A stretch of DNA of 64,000 nucleotides, taken from assembly GCF_009834535.1 (NCBI RefSeq), contig NC_045696.1, positions 111,540,001 to 111,604,000 of the forward strand, given 5' to 3'. The DNA is from Camelus ferus (lineage: Eukaryota). Below are positions 25,226-37,893 of the stretch, piece by piece. Made by a program: the position numbers and the translations under genes. Position 1 is the stretch's first letter. The number at the start of each line of letters is the position of its first letter. Below the pieces are notes generated by a model that saw only the letters and a program-made list of their open reading frames with translations, made no database searches and was not told the origin of the DNA.

Positions 25226-25894
25226 TAGACAATTGGGAAGACGGCAATAGAAACACGGTATCGTGGGCTCCAATAGAGAGAGAAGTACAAATACACGACC
25301 ACTTCTAAAACACGACAGAGAAACAAAGTGTCAAAATATAAGACTGAGTTTTTTTCTTGTTTATTTCAACCTTATCAGGGCAAAAGAGGAGAGAGAGCAC
25401 CTCTGAGCCAGGGGGAAACAGAAGACTTCACAGAGGAAGTGTAACCCAAGTCCTTAAAAATGGAAAGACTTTAATAGGCGGAGAAGGGTGAGAGGTGCGC
25501 ACCTCCGAAGCCCAGCATTGGGAAAGGCAGGAAGACAGTAATCCATACGATGGGGAAGGACGCGTGTGAATGGAAACCCGTGCGGATGACCTGGGGACAG
25601 GCGGTGGCACAGGGGAGGGCGGCTGAAGTCAGACTGCGGAAGCCCTGACCGTCCTCATCCAGGCTTTGGACTTTAAATGCGGTGAAAGGAGAAACCCTTC
25701 AGGTTGGTTGGTTTGGCTAATTTCTTTGTTTTTTAGCAGAAGAGGGAGACAATTACATATTTATTTTCCCCAAAAATTTTATTGCATTTATATGTTTTTG
25801 AAATATAAGTCAAATAAAAGAGATGTTCCAAAGACAGTTACGCACCCCCGCCATGTGTTCGTGCTGTGTGAGACACTGATCCACAGGTGATGGA

Positions 25895-26055
25895 CACGTT
25901 AATTCATCTATGATCGCCACTTTCCAGTTGAGGGACCACTGGTATCACTGTTCCCATTAGATAGAAAAGGAAACTGAGGCACAGAAGCAAAGCAGATTTT
26001 CCAAAATCACAGAACTAGCAGGAGGCAGAGTGAGGGTGAGGACCTGGGCACACTG
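25895..26055 (-). mobile_element. MIR SINE
   Basis: ttcccattagatagaaaaggaaactgaggcacaga. Confidence 0.7.
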
Positions 26056-26705
26056 GCAGAACACCACCACACAGCCTCTCTGTGGGAGAGAAAATGGAAT
26101 AGAGAACCAATCCAGTTCTTGAAAAGCCACCTTGAGAAGTTCTCGTCCAAGGGGCTGTAAAAAATGATATATATATATATAATTTTAATACCTTACTATA
26201 TAGCAGTATATAAATAGTTCTATACTCATTTATAATTATATAAAGCACATTTAGAAGTGGAGAGAGAGAGAGTGTAAAGATAATCCTGTATATTTATTGC
26301 CATGGAAGCAAAATAGCACCACAATTTTTATCCCTAAATCAGAGTGGACAAAGGGAGCTAAGCCAAGAAAAGCAGAATTTGAATCCAACAAACTGTGAAA
26401 GCTTAATTAAAATAAAGTCAAACTGTCCCCTCGAGCACTCGCCCAGCGTTAGCAACTCCAGGTCAGTCCAGGCAGTTGAGAACGCCCACCCGCCCTGTCC
26501 CACGTCCCCTCTGTGACACAGGGACACATGCAACTCTCTGTAGATGCGAATTTATACTTGCAAATGTTTCCTAGTGTCTCAAGAGGATGTGGCTCTGGTA
26601 GACCAGAGACAAACTGCCCCCACTATCAGGGAAGACAACAACTTTGTCTCCGTCTCCGGGCTGATGGTAGGGAAGACACCCTTGGCAGCAATTCCCAGAT
26701 TCTTC

Positions 26706-27361
26706 TGTGGAATGATTGATTTTTTTGAAATATTACTATTTGCATCTTCCCTTCCTTGTCCCTGTTTCCTTTCCAAAGTCAAGCAGACAGAAGCCTGCAG
26801 CAGGTTGGAAAGCAGAGATGGTCAACTCGCTTCCGGCCTCAGCTTTTGCATTCAAAAGTCTAAGTTGGTTGAAGAGGTTTTCCAAGTGCAGCAAGAGAGG
26901 GAGAGGAAAGACAAAAAGAGTGAGCTGAGCACAGGGGAGGGTCTCCTGACCAGAGGGGACTGGTGTTCACTGCCTGAAAGGTCCTAGGCTGGTGGCAAAA
27001 CCTCAGAGGAACATCCCTGTGGCATTCCTAAGAAGACCACATCTGATGCTCTGAGATTCACAGCATCACCAAATGTTCCTGTGACCCAGTGGAGTAGCAG
27101 CAGAACCTCTGGACCTTAGGGGACCATGAGCAAAGGGACAAAGCATGTGGTGGCTGAAGCCCCTGCAATGGCTTGGCAGCACCTACAGCCTTGGAGCCTT
27201 AGTGTGATCCCGGTAGGGGGTTGTCAGGAGGATGAGGCTGAAGTTCCCGCCAGCCAGGAAGGCGGACCTGCACCATCCAAATGGCGTTGACTGAAAGGAA
27301 GCAAAGAAATGTGAGGTTTCGTGTCTACTTGAATTTGTGGACTGAGAGTCACAGCGTTACA
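26706..27361 (+). mobile_element. Ancient Gypsy-type solo LTR (MamGypLTR-like)
   Basis: Start tgtggaatgattgatttttttgaaatatta and end gaatttgtggactgagagtcacagcgttaca resemble MamGypLTR termini from recall; TG...CA. Confidence 0.5.
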
Positions 27362-27689
27362 CCTGTCATCTTTTTGACTGCAAATATTTCCAAAGCCTCA
27401 TAAAGGTTGATGAGGAAAGGCGTACCAGAAGTTTTAATATCTTCTTTTTTTTTTCTATCTAATGTATTTGGCAAAAAAAGGGGGGTGGAGAGAGAAAGAA
27501 AGAAAAAACTGGAAAAACAACCACCACAGAGCACAGCACACCAACCTCAGAAGAGTTGCCTATAGATTGTGATTTGAAGAACAAAAAAGATGCTACAAAC
27601 TGTTCTTCAATCTTTGTCTAAACCTGCATTATTAACAAGCACACCATGTTCTTAAGCATGATCCCCTCCTGTGTGCTTCTTTTAATGTG

Positions 27690-28180
27690 TTTTTTTTAAA
27701 CTGAAGTATAGTCTGTTACAATATGTCAACTTCTGGTGTACAGTATAATGTACCAGTCATACATATACATGCTTATATTCATTTCCGTATTCTTTTTGAT
27801 TAAAGGTTATTACAAGATATTGAATATAGTTCCCTGTGCTCTACAGAAGAAATTTGTTTTTTATCTTTTTATATATAGGTTAACATTTGCAAGTCTCAAA
27901 ATCTCAAATTTACCCCTTCCCACACCATTTCCTCCCGGTAACTATAAGATTATTTACTATGTCTGTGAGTCTGTTTCTGTTTTGCAAATGAGTTCATAGC
28001 ATCCTCTTTTTACTATTTCTTTTTGATACCACACATGAGTGATATCATATGGTCTTTTTCTCTCTCTTTCTGATTTACTTCACTTAGAATGACGATCTCC
28101 AGGTCCATCCATGTTGCTGCAAATGGCATTATTTATTCTTTTTTTAACCACTGAGTAGTATTCCATTGTATAAACATACC
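27690..28180 (-). mobile_element. 5'-truncated L1 3' end
   Basis: T-tract then aactgaagtatagtctgttaca...gatttacttcacttagaatgacgatctccaggtccatccatgttgctgcaaatggca; highly similar to 54222-54641. Confidence 0.92.
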
Positions 28181-28904
28181 TAATATATTAATACTCCTGA
28201 GGACTGTCAGGAATAATCACATTCTCTTTTCTCTATGACAAGAAGGTTGAATCTTGATGAAATGAAAGAGTCTTGGCATTTAGGGTCCCTGAAATAAGCA
28301 CAGAACAGAATGAGGAATGCAGCCGGACAGCTAAAAGACCAGAGAAAAGCCGACTGTATTGTAATATTGCTTAAAGACTTTACCAAGGCTGAAGTTACTC
28401 TCCCTTACTTGGTCCCTGACAAGTTCCTATTCAGACATCGCAACTGAGAGGGCGGAGGGAGGCAGCTGGCTATCCTCTGGACACAAATATAATAAAATTG
28501 ATATATATTTTTGAAATCATTTTAAATCTCTGACATGCCTACAGACACGTAAACCCTCATGCTTTCCTGGTGGACATTGCAACTTTTATGATCGACCTCT
28601 TGTTTGAGTTTGTGGTGTCTGAGCTCACACTGAAAGTCTTTGATTTTGTTATGTGGTTCTTGGTAGGTTTGATTACTGATGAGTTAGAGGTGGTTAGGAT
28701 CCAAAAAGGGGGGGGGGTGACAGCAGAGTAATTTATTTGAAGGGGAAGTCACAGCTTTCCTGTCCAGTGTGAGTCAGGGGAATACTTCAGTGCCTTTTAA
28801 AGGAAGCCCCATAAAGTTCCCTCATCTTGTAAATTCTCTTAAAAGGCTGGAAAGAGGACACACCTAGCAGGCCTACGTGAAGATATAACGCAGGTAAAAG
28901 TACC

Positions 28905-29446
28905 GTGGAGAGTAATCTAAACACAGCATCAGCCCCCTTTCCCCAGGACCTGCCCTCTTTCCCACAGGTCGTGGGCCTGGCCTCGCAGAGGATGTCCCTA
29001 CCACGCCTGCATCCAATATGCTAGCACTTCGTTAAGTCCCTGAGGCCAGCGTGAGAGCATGTGACCTCCCACTCCCTAGCCCCCCAGACAGGTGGCTGCC
29101 CCCAGCTGGCTTCCTGCCCTGAACCACGTTTTCACTGCAGTTCTCTGCTGAGGATGCCTGGAACTGACACTGCGTTTCGACCAACAGCCACACTTGCTTT
29201 AGACCAGGCTTGTTGTATCTCTCCAGCTGCTGACTGACCAATGCAGGAACCTCAGGGCCGGTCTCTGGGCCTGGGTCTGAAAGTAAGCATGGCCCCAGAC
29301 TGCCGCTCCTGGTTATTCTGTCTTTCCTTTAATTCAACCAAGCACTCTCTATCCTTTCAATAAATTCCTTTTTTTTTTTTTTTTTTGATCAAGTTAACCA
29401 GGATCAGGGTCTGTTGTTGGCATCTCAAGTACAGTTGCTCGTACAA
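28905..29446 (+). mobile_element. Old MaLR solo LTR (MLT1J/K-like)
   Basis: 3' block caataaattcc(t)n...aagttaaccagg...tctgttgttgggca. Confidence 0.5.
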
Positions 29447-29851
29447 TGAAAGCAACATGACTGGGGATGTTTGGAATAAATCTGTCTATTGCAAGAAATC
29501 AACATCTAAGCCTTCTGAAGGAAAATAACCCGATTCAGAAGGAGGCAGCTTGGGAGGAAAATAAAGGAAACAGTTACTGGATGTTAAAATTCAACCTTTA
29601 TAAAGTGCCCTGGGAGATGGGGGTGGGGTTGCAGAATGTAAAAGGAGCAGACTTTGACCTTCAGCAGAAGCTGTGTTGTGCTTGATGCTTATATGTGAGC
29701 CTCTTACAGTCACGGAATGGGATTTGTTCCAGGGCTGGTCAATTAAGAGAAAGAAATACTCCATAAATCGGCTACAGGCTTTAGCTCTTTGCTTGCCAAG
29801 CAAAGTAACTGAATCCTTAATAGGTACACATACTGTCTAGGCACGTACAAT

Positions 29852-29872
29852 ACACACACACACACACACACA
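29852..29872. repeat. (CA)n microsatellite
   Basis: About 10 units. Confidence 0.9.
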
Positions 29873-30932
29873 GAGCAAGTCTTCCTAGCAAATGCAGCCG
29901 GAGACCAAATTAATCAGAAATACATGAGTTATTTTGCACAATGTGACCTGGGCCCCTCACTGTGATTATTTCTGGGGCTGTTACATGTTATGTTATTTTT
30001 ATGCCGGATTCAACAAGCTTTGTTACATTTCCCCAAGTGAAATCAATCACATTCCGATATTTCCAGGTTTCTCTCGGCCGTTACTCTTAGCACTGGGGTA
30101 ACCACGTGGGATTTCACAGCCCAAGCAACACGGTGGCAAGGATGGCGCTTCCATTGCTCAAGCTTGGCGGGTGATGGAAAATGGGGTTCAGGGAGTGCAC
30201 CCGGTTGTTCATCCTGAGGGAACAGCATCCTTCATCTGTTGCTTTTCCTTCCTTTGCCACAGAAGACTTCCCTCTTATTTATGACATGAGATTTTACTGA
30301 ATCTTAATACAGAGCACTCAAGTTTGACTGTATATTCCCATTTTTCGTTGAAAACCAGAGCAAAATAGGCAGGAAATGGATTCTTATTAGGTTCACCTCA
30401 AAATACCTCCGGTTCTGGGTTTCAGGATCTTAAAATGCATTAAATACCTAAAGCTTACAGGGGGGAAAAAAATCCCAAACCTAAGTCCATAATAAGAAAC
30501 GTATGTCAAGACTATTTCATAAGACATTGTTCCTAAACCCTTTCCTTCCTCACTAGAAAGTACGCCATGAAAGAAGCAAGCCCTGTCTATCATGATAAAG
30601 CTGAAAAATGGAAAGTTCAGACCTACTTTCTTCTATATAGGGATCCAGAATCCAGGTGAATTAGAAAAAATCCACAGACCTGGGGGGAAAAAATGAGTGT
30701 GAAGTACTTCCCTAAGTAGTGGAACTCCCACCTAAGCAAGGGGGCCGTCCTAGCCCAAGGGCACATCAGAAGCAAGTACAAGATACGAGTGGAGGGGCAA
30801 GGACTGGGAAGTGTGTGAACATTTTCATCACCTACCTTGTCTAGTTAGCCCCATCATTGAGTCCCAGTTATTAGGAGTACATGATGCAGGGTTACTACTA
30901 TGTACTTAGTAAAACATACCTACTGTAAGTGT

Positions 30933-31060
30933 GGGGAGGGTACAGCTCAGTAGAGCATGTGCCTAGCATGCACAGGTCCTGGGTTCAATCCCCAGTACCT
31001 CCATTGAAAAATAAATAAATCTAATTACCTCTCCCCCAAGAAATGAAAAGACATTTTTAA
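30933..31060 (+). mobile_element. Vic-1-type tRNA-derived SINE (camelid)
   Basis: ggggagggtacagctcagtagagcatgtgcctagcatgcacaggtcctgggttcaatccccagtacctcca, B-box GGTTCAATCC, (AAAT)n tail; candidate TSD atacct(a/t)ctgta at 30916-30927 and 31061-31072. Confidence 0.9.
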
Positions 31061-31334
31061 ATACCTTCTGTATAGAAAGCAATTCCTGGCCGACTTTGAG
31101 ACTTACAGCGCTGAGCAAGATTCAATCTCCGATTCCAGAGAGGCTGCCTGGTGAGGTGAAAAGCAGGCAGCAGTCATCCACGTACAACACAGGTGAGTGC
31201 CACTGAGCAAGACAGGTAAAGCGCTTTCTGGTGCCAAAGGAAGAAGGGAGGAGGCGTGGTGAGGGAGGGCAGGGACAGCTGTGGATGTGGCTGGACCCTG
31301 AGCCGTCGATGGGAACCTGGTGGCTAAGTGGGGC

Positions 31335-31620
31335 CCATGGGGTTTGTTCAGCTCAAGTGATATTCTTAAAATATTTTCTGTTAATGTGTTGCCAACATCG
31401 AAACTTTGGAATATTGCTTATCTGGAATTCTGGCTTCTCCTGCAAACTCTGAGTCCTCATTCCAGCCTGGCAATCATCACTGAAAGCAGAATAGTGTGCC
31501 CTTTAAACCAGACACAGGCTCTCCATTTTGCTGCAGTCCCCACCACTCCCCATTGCAGCCAACACCTGGCCTCTTGCTTCCTTTCTTTTGTCTCCCTGCT
31601 CCTATATGCATCTGAGTCTG
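31335..31620. mobile_element. MER102-like hAT-Charlie relic
   Basis: ctggcttctc...ctggcaa...ctctccattttgctgcagtccccaccactccccattg. Confidence 0.6.
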
Positions 31621-31829
31621 CCTTAAAGGACAGGTAGGATGTCAACACACAGAGCTGGAGAGAGGAGATCAGAGCAAAAGTACAGAGGCAGAAAGTTCAA
31701 CATCATTTTATAAAATCAAAAAGCAGTGTGTCCATCAAACAACACATATCAGTGTAACAGAATCAGTCAGAAGCCCATCACAAGTTTTGAAACTGGTTGA
31801 CAGAAACGAAAAGGCATGGTTAATTTAAG

Positions 31830-32080
31830 CACAATGAGATATCAACTCACATCTGTCTGAATGGCCATCATCAGAAAGAATCCACGTAGCAAGTGTCGGC
31901 GAGGATGTGGAGAAAAAGGAACCCCTGTACACTGTGGGTGAGAATGTAAATTGTGCAGCCGCTGTGGAAAACGGTATGGAGGGTCCTCAGAAAACTAAAA
32001 ACAGAACTACTGTACGATCCAGCAATTCCACTCCTGGGTATATATCCAAAAAAACAAAACATTAATTTGAGGAAAAGATA
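31830..32080 (+). mobile_element. L1 ORF2 3' fragment
   Basis: Peptide [32 protein letters not shown]. Confidence 0.9.
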
Positions 32081-32454
32081 TTTCCTGAGTCTTTCACAAA
32101 ATCCAAGAAAAGTCTCTTCACAGAGAACCACTTCCTTTTTCCTTCATCCTCAAAATTATTGTAATTTCCACCAGATACTTTTTATCAGATCAGATTACCT
32201 GTTAATCTAAGGAGGCGGGAAATTTCCCTACTAACTTTCTTTTCTTCCTTCCTCCTTCCTCTACGTAGTTCTCTGGTTTCTTTCTCTGAGGGGAGGTATC
32301 TTCTTTCTTTCTTCCTTGTACTCCTTAGAGGTAGTCTTTCTTTATGAGTGCTAGCTTCTTCTTTTCTTTGTCTGTATTTTTTCTCTTCCTTCTTTTTTCT
32401 TTCTTGCTTTCCTTTTCCTCTCTTTTCTCTCTTCTCGTTTTCTTTCCTCTTTAC

Positions 32455-32850
32455 AATAGCACAGATGCTGTCCTAGACTCTGAGAATACTGTGGTGAATA
32501 GGACAAAAGCCCTGCCCTCATGGAGCTGACATTCTAATGGGAGAAATAGACAGTACCTGCATGAATAAGTAGTGATTACCAAGCTGTGCTCTGTGCTATG
32601 GAGAAAAACTGACTCGGGGAAGAAGCTAGAGGATAATGGGAGAATGGACAGACAGAGTGACCCAGGAGGTCTGAAAAGGTGACATTTGAATGGAAACTTG
32701 CAAAAAGTGAGGGAGCAAATAATGCTCAGGTAAACAGCACCCAGACAGCAGGAACAGCAAGTGCAAAGGCCCTGGGGCACATCTCATTTGGTGTAGTTAA
32801 GGAATAATCAGGAGAACCATGAATCTAGAGCAGAAGGAGCAAAAAGAAGG
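32455..32850 (-). mobile_element. L2 LINE fragment
   Basis: ggacaaaagccctgccctcatggagctgacattctaatggg...gaacagcaagtgcaaaggccctggggc. Confidence 0.75.
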
Positions 32851-32854
32851 GTAG

Positions 32855-32960
32855 ACCCTTCACCAGGAACTAAATCAGGGCTGCCAGAACTGTGAGAAGT
32901 GAATGTCTGTTGTTTAAGCCATGCAGTCTATGGTATTTTTTTTATAGCCACCTAATACAG
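32855..32960 (+). mobile_element. MaLR LTR 3' fragment
   Basis: ccagaactgtgagaagtgaatgtctgttgtttaagcc...gtctatggtatttt...atagc...ctaataca. Confidence 0.65.
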
Positions 32961-35900
32961 GTATTAAGGAATAAGTGCAAAATACCAAAGGTACCTGAAA
33001 GCTGGTGTGACTATAGAGAAGTGAAGAAAAACCTCCCAAAGAAGATGACCTTTAGCAAACATTCTTAGTCACTTCTCTCTCTTAAATAAATGTCTACCTT
33101 TTGCTGTTAAGCACTGGCTGAAATTGCTCAGTGCCCATTCATGGTTCTTCAAAATGGTGATATTCTTATCTACATATTTTTATTTTATATACTCTGCATA
33201 AATGCCCAGAATCCACACCACAGCTGGCTCCATTAAGATAGTTTTGCACCTCTTTTTATTCAAGAAATGTAATAGCATTTCTTTGAACTTCAGTTAACTC
33301 AGTGATCATTAAATCTATCTCTTTTATAAAATAAAAGTGATGGGTCTGTTCTGGAGGAAAACTTTCCAAGAACAGACATTCTTATGAAATATATTTTGTT
33401 CTGTGTTCATTTTGTTCATTCTTCTGCCTAATGCCCATAAGGGGTCAAAGTCCTTCTGTGAAGAACGTTTATGTTCAGGTCCTCAGAACACAGTCTCTGT
33501 GGCAGGAACCCTACCTTTCCACAACATGCACGCAGATAAAGTCAGCCTTGCGTCATTTGCTATTTAAATGTTTTCTCTACCAGAAACCCAGTAGCTCTCT
33601 CAGCAAGTAAGAAAAATTAAACAAAGAGAAATAAATTTGTCCTCTCCAAAGCAAAGAAGCAGAGGGTGAGTTTCTCAAGTGGGCTAAATTAAGGCTTCTA
33701 GAGCTGAAGCTTACATTGCAGTTTCACAGATTTTGTTGATGGAAATGTGTTTGTTGTTTAGTTTCACTTTGCTATCTTGTTCCACAGTAAGAAAAGTCAC
33801 ACTGCTTGCAAAACTGAGAAGCTTATTAGGATCCTGCGGTGTTTGCCTGCTTCGATTTTCACCCGGTGGAGCCGTGAACAGAGGAAGGATAGAGGTGAGA
33901 ACGGGAAATGTGAGACCCCTGCAAGAATTCACAGCTGGAGACAGCATCGCCAGGTTGCCAGGAAGCGCCTTCCAACCTCAGCATCCTCCTCCTTCTCCAA
34001 CAAAGGTAATTTCAGGGTTGGTCTTGCCTGGCAAGTTGTATCTAAAGTTGAGATCTTAATGGTGGATTGGAACTGCACAAAACAGTTAAGAAACTACTGT
34101 GGAAATGCCAAGAGATTTTTATATTCATTTTAAGGGTTCCAGCTTACTTCAGAGGGGCTTTGAATCACCAGGTGGTTTTAAAATGGCAAGTAGGACTACT
34201 GGGCAATTGGAATGAAGTGAAAGAAGGCACACAAAGTCAATAAATGTGTTTGTTGTTTATTCAGTTCTTTGTGAAGCATCTTTGCCAATATTCCTAACAG
34301 GCACATTAGGAGAACCGACTGCAAAAAAAAAATCACACCAAAAATCAATTAGAGAAATAAGCTTTGGGAAATATAAATTAGAGCAGATGAAAAAAAATTG
34401 ATAAAAATTCCCAGAAGTACGAGAAAACACTGCAGATCCAAGCCAAAGAGAGAAGCCAGCAGACAACCAATAAACTAAATTAATAATTACAGGAAAATAC
34501 TCTTAAAATAACATTTCATTTTTTGTTATTAAAAAAAAAACCCTCTTTAGCATGAGTCTGTCCAAACGGCTTAAATCTTGACACTGACTGGAGAAAATGT
34601 CATAAATGAACATTCCAAATTTCCTAAAGACACACATCTGTTCTACTGACTTACAAAGATCCCAAGGAGAGGGGCCTATGCTTATGAATGACAAATCTCT
34701 ATTGTTCAGCAGAGGAAAACGGCCTTTTCTTTCATTTCCTTTGATTGGCTATTTCAACCTAAGAATGTAAGATTGGTTTAGTTTTCCACGTGTCAGCCTG
34801 ATTCAGAAGGGGAACTTTGACGCAACCAATGTCTGTCTTAAATAATTCTTGCTAATATAGACCCTAATGTCTCCCTGGTAAATATGCCCATTAACAAAAC
34901 TTTAACAAAGCTTGTGAGTTCTCCTAGACTATTTTAAATAAATAACAATAACATTTGAACAAACTCTCTTTGCTGGAAAATTTGATTATTATGTAAATGC
35001 CTGAAGTTCCCTTTGACCTTTGACCCAAACCTGGCTCCTCCCACCTCCTGTTCATTTGCCTGTGTCCTCCGATCCCTTGTCTCCAGAACATACACATTAG
35101 ACACATATATATTATGGAGTTTGTGTTTCATAAGCGGAATCATATGATACATACTTTCTAAATATTGTTTTTGTTCGCTGATCATGGGATATGGAAATTT
35201 CCTTGCATATAAATAAGTGGCCAGGCAGTTAAAGACCAGCAGACATCTAAGAAGCTGGCATTGAGCTCATTGTCAATAACAAGTTCACATTAATGAACTC
35301 AGATTGGCAGTGGTTTGATGTAACGTCCGGGGATGGAACAGCTTGCAAACATCCCAGCAGATCTGAAACACACAGCTTACTGAGAATCACATCATTATTG
35401 AAAAATTGCACAGTATAACTCAATGTGCATGACAGGTTGTGACATCGGTAAATTAAAACAACATAAAAGATTGCCTCTCTGGCTGTTAGAACTGTGACAG
35501 TCTATCCAATTGGCCTAAGATGGTTCCATGAATGGTATTATGTATGTTTTATTCTTTAACATTTATTGACTACCTAACATAGAATGGAAACTGTAATAGG
35601 AGTTGTTGGGCAGAGCAGAAAAAAAAATCAGGTGCAGAGCTCAGTCTGCAAACTGAGACTCCAGCTAAGATGGCTTAGACAGGGTCACCAACTGTCATGT
35701 GCTTTTGACCAAATGGAAAAGTCAGAGGTAAGCCAAATGTGAAAATGAGAGACAAATGAAAACATTTGAATATTGAAATCTGTTAAGGAACTACACCCAT
35801 GGGAAATCCTGGAGCATGTGTTCTAAAACCAGAACTGGCACTGATGGCTTTACTTCTTCAAGTGCGTATCCTTTGACCCAGTTTCTATTACTTGCCAAAC

Positions 35901-36096
35901 ACTTCAACACGATGGCCATCTTATTCAGATGGCCGTGACACAGTGTCTGTGGAAACTGTTACTGGAAGGAGTCTTCCGAAAGACAACCAGTGGAATCATT
36001 TCATCCATGAGAAAAATACAGCGACTGCGCCACACTGGTTGCTGTTCAGTCACTTAATACTGAAGTGTATCGGGTCCCAGAGATCATCTTCTAGAC

Positions 36097-36284
36097 CAGG
36101 GTTCAGCAGAATGGGGTCCCTGCACCGCCAGCAGCAACATCACCTGGGAACTTGTTAGAAATATACTTTCTTAGCCCTATCTCAGACCTACTGAATTAGG
36201 AACATTAGGGTGGGGGTCCATCAATCTGTGTTTTACCAAGCCCTCCAGGTGATTTGAGCACACACTCAAGTTTGAGAACCATTG
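36097..36284. mobile_element. MER5A (hAT-Charlie MITE)
   Basis: catcacctgggaacttgttagaaat...ttttaccaagccctccaggtgatt...aagtttgagaacca; 8-bp TSD ttctagac/gtctagac. Confidence 0.9.
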
Positions 36285-36479
36285 GTCTAGACAGATTCTT
36301 ATTTTGGAGATGAACAAACTGAACCCCATAGAGGTAAAACAAGTTGGCCAAACAAATGACAAGAAGCAGGTGGAGATATCACACAGCACAAAGTAAGGTT
36401 GCTACCTCAAACCTCAGTATTTTTATTAGCCAGGCTCTTAGGAACTTCTTGGCCCACTCAAATCGGATGATTTTTTTAA

Positions 36480-36880
36480 CCTATTTATACAGGTATGGGT
36501 TGAAGTATAAGGAAACCTCAAGAGGTAGTGTAATAACTTAGAGCTGGTAACATCAAAAGAGCAGATACCACTCAGAGACCTAGAGGGGCAAAGGGGCAAA
36601 GGCAAGAAGCCTGTAGAAAAGGGAGCCCTGGGAAGTGCAGTGATTTTTATTCACGGAACACAGCCAGCCTGAGGCCACCTCACAGGGAGGAATCCAAGGG
36701 TCAAAAGTCTCTGACCTCACTCTCTACCCTCCCTCTGATTCTGTCAGGGCTTCCTTCTGGGTTAACCCAATTAGAAGCCAGAAGCAAAGGAGCTCATGGG
36801 TACAATCCATACAAGAGAGTGGGCAGTGAGGAAAAGGAGGGAGAGTGAATTTGAAAGGACACGTAGAAATATTTAACACA
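36480..36880 (-). mobile_element. ERVL solo LTR, LTR33-like
   Basis: ctgacctcactctctaccctccctctgat...aacccaattagaagccagaagcaaaggagc...gaaatatttaacaca. Confidence 0.7.
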
Positions 36881-37014
36881 ATAGGCAGTCAAGGATGGCC
36901 GGAGATTTCTGAAATTCACAACAAGCACTTTGTTGTGCTCCCCTTTCGTACTCCCCCCTTTCCGTACTCCAACTACTTTCTTCTTAAGAAAGTATAAAAA
37001 TATCCAAACCATTC

Positions 37015-37475
37015 AGCAGGTATATTTCATTGCTACTTTTCCCTAATGACTGTTCTTACCTTCTTTACCAGTAATAGAACTCCTAGACTTTAGCTGAGAA
37101 TGTGGTCCTCACACCTGAAAGATATGTTCCCAGTCTCACATGCAGTAAGGTATACAGTGGGACTACGTTCTAGCCAATGGTACCCAAGTGAGAATTGTTC
37201 TTAAGGCCCTTCCTTCCAGCCCACTGTGAATTCAGGCAGAATGGCTGGCATCTGAGCCATCTTGGGTCATGGTCGATTTTGAGAAGGACTGTGACGCACT
37301 GTGGGGCAACAAGCTGGAAGGAGGCTGCACGCCTGACTGATACCAGGGAACACTAGAGCAGCCCTGGGGTGGACTCTCTGTGCCTTTTGTAAATGGGTGG
37401 GAGAAATAAACTCTTCTGTTCTTAAGCCAGTCATTTGGTGGTTCCTATAACTTGAACCTAAGTATCACTAACATA
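37015..37475 (+). mobile_element. MaLR solo LTR (MLT1J-like)
   Basis: gactacgttctagccaatgg...gagaaataaactcttctgttcttaagcca. Confidence 0.6.
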
Positions 37476-37512
37476 ATCTTTATGTTCCAACATGAAAAGA
37501 TCAGCAGAGGTG

Positions 37513-37893
37513 TGCAATAAGGGTTAAATTGTGCCACCACCCACCCAAATTCATACAAAGAAACCCTAGCCCCTAGTACCTCATAATGTAACTATTCAGA
37601 GTAGAGCTTTTAAAGATGTGATTAAGTTCAAATGAGCTCTAACCCACACTGACTGGTGTCCTTTTAAGAACAGGGGATTAGGACACACAGACACCAAGGT
37701 TGTGCGCACACAGAGAGGGGACCATGTGAGGACACAGGAGGAAGGCGGCCATCTGCAAGTCAGGGAGAGAGGCCTCAGCAGACAATAAACTATGATCTTG
37801 GACTTCAGTCCTCAGAAGTTTGAGAAAATAAATTTCTGTCGTTTAAGCTACCCAGTCTGCAGTATTTTGCCATTGCAGCCCTAGCAAGCTAAG
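37513..37893 (+). mobile_element. MaLR solo LTR (MLT1B-like)
   Basis: tgactggtgtccttttaagaa...gaaggcggccatctgcaag...gagaaaataaatttctgtcgtttaagc...gcagccctagcaagctaa. Confidence 0.85.

Noticed and set aside
26513..26987. Cluster of overlapping ORFs up to 147 aa
   Set aside because: Run into the Gypsy-like LTR; no coding signature or known homology recognised.
30933..31003. tRNA gene (also 48491-48562)
   Set aside because: tRNA-like head is followed by a SINE tail and TSDs, so it is a SINE.
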